This document shows, piece after piece, positions 63,316-64,000 of a DNA stretch of 64,000 bases; position 1 is the first letter of the stretch, and every line of letters starts with the position of its first letter. This stretch comes from Salpingoeca rosetta (taxonomy: Eukaryota; Protista; Choanoflagellata): contig JAWQFM010000002.1 in NCBI GenBank assembly GCA_033442325.1, forward strand, positions 2,101,044 to 2,165,043, read 5' to 3'. The notes beneath the pieces were generated by a model. It was not told where the DNA came from. It was given only the letters and a program-made list of their open reading frames with translations, and searched no databases. The position numbers were made by a program, and so were the translations under genes.

Positions 63316-63772
63316 CACGCGCGCTCTCTTCAATGCTCACCGCCCGCAGGTTGGCGTGATTTGAGCCACCGACTTCCTCCTCAATTGCAGCAAACTTCTC
63401 CATCTTCCGCTCCGGAACCGCCTATATGCACACACGGGCACCGCAGGTGAGTGTTCACGAATTTGCAGGCAAAACAGACTTGTACGCAGAGGCAAACACG
63501 CAGACTATGACAAGTCAATGATAAGAGAAAGACTACACAACAAAGTCAAAACAACACAAGAACGAAAACACAACCGAACACAAACACGCAAAGACATGCA
63601 CACACACACACACACAACACAAAAACACAACACAACACAACCCGACTCAACACAACCCAACAGCACGCACCGCCCAGGTGTGTTTGAGGCGCGAAATTGC
63701 CGAGTTGCGCAGGGCCTCCTTGAGCGCCATCAGCGAGTTGAAGTTGTTGAGGTGGCGAAGTTCAAACAACAC
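61129..63772 (-). CDS. CDC25-type RasGEF (SOS/RasGRF-like), 3' part; gene continues beyond the window and terminal exons are uncertain
   Basis: [10 protein letters not shown]...AISRLKHTW; [25 protein letters not shown]; IINFSKR|[20 protein letters not shown]; [11 protein letters not shown]. Confidence 0.9.
61425..61652. repeat. Compound (GTT)n/(GAT)n microsatellite
   Basis: Directly visible. Confidence 0.95.
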
Positions 63773-64000
63773 CTGCGATTGAAGTGTGTTTTGTGTTGCA
63801 AAGCGGCACAGATGACACGGACACATGGTGGAAGGTGGTGGTGGTCACACATGTCAACAATGAAGGCGCAAGCAGGTGACGCACACACACAGAGACACAG
63901 ACACACAGATACACAGGCACACACAGACACACGCACACACACAGACAGACACAGACAGACACAGACAGACACAGACACACACGCACAAACACACACACAC

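Overview
Eukaryotic, intron-rich, GC-rich genomic DNA. Introns are packed with (GT)n/(CA)n microsatellites and there are four assembly gaps. Composition and gene content (SH2, PDZ, PACS, EMRE-like genes in a compact genome) suggest a unicellular holozoan, most like the choanoflagellate Salpingoeca rosetta; this is inference, not verified. Most long six-frame ORFs are microsatellite artefacts, so I rebuilt gene models by hand from splice sites and motifs. All family assignments are by eye, without database searches. Genes in order: an orphan (-), a PDZ-SH2 adaptor (+), an intronless membrane protein with an Rhs-toxin-like Zn/HNH nuclease motif (+), WDR53-like (-), a giant MORN + class-3 lipase + P-loop protein (+), ISOC-like (+), a WW-UBZ-polyQ protein (-), PACS (+), SCOC (+), RPS14 (+), EMRE/SMDT1-like (-), SUDS3/BRMS1-like (+), a divergent A/B-type cyclin (-), GOLGA7/ERF4 (+), a DUF1765-like protein (-), a frameshifted relic gene (+), histone H1 (+) and the 3' part of a CDC25-type RasGEF (-). 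The best leads are the intron-poor block at 7.6-19.8 kb (HNH-like membrane protein, WD40, lipase-P-loop fusion) and the EMRE-like microprotein.
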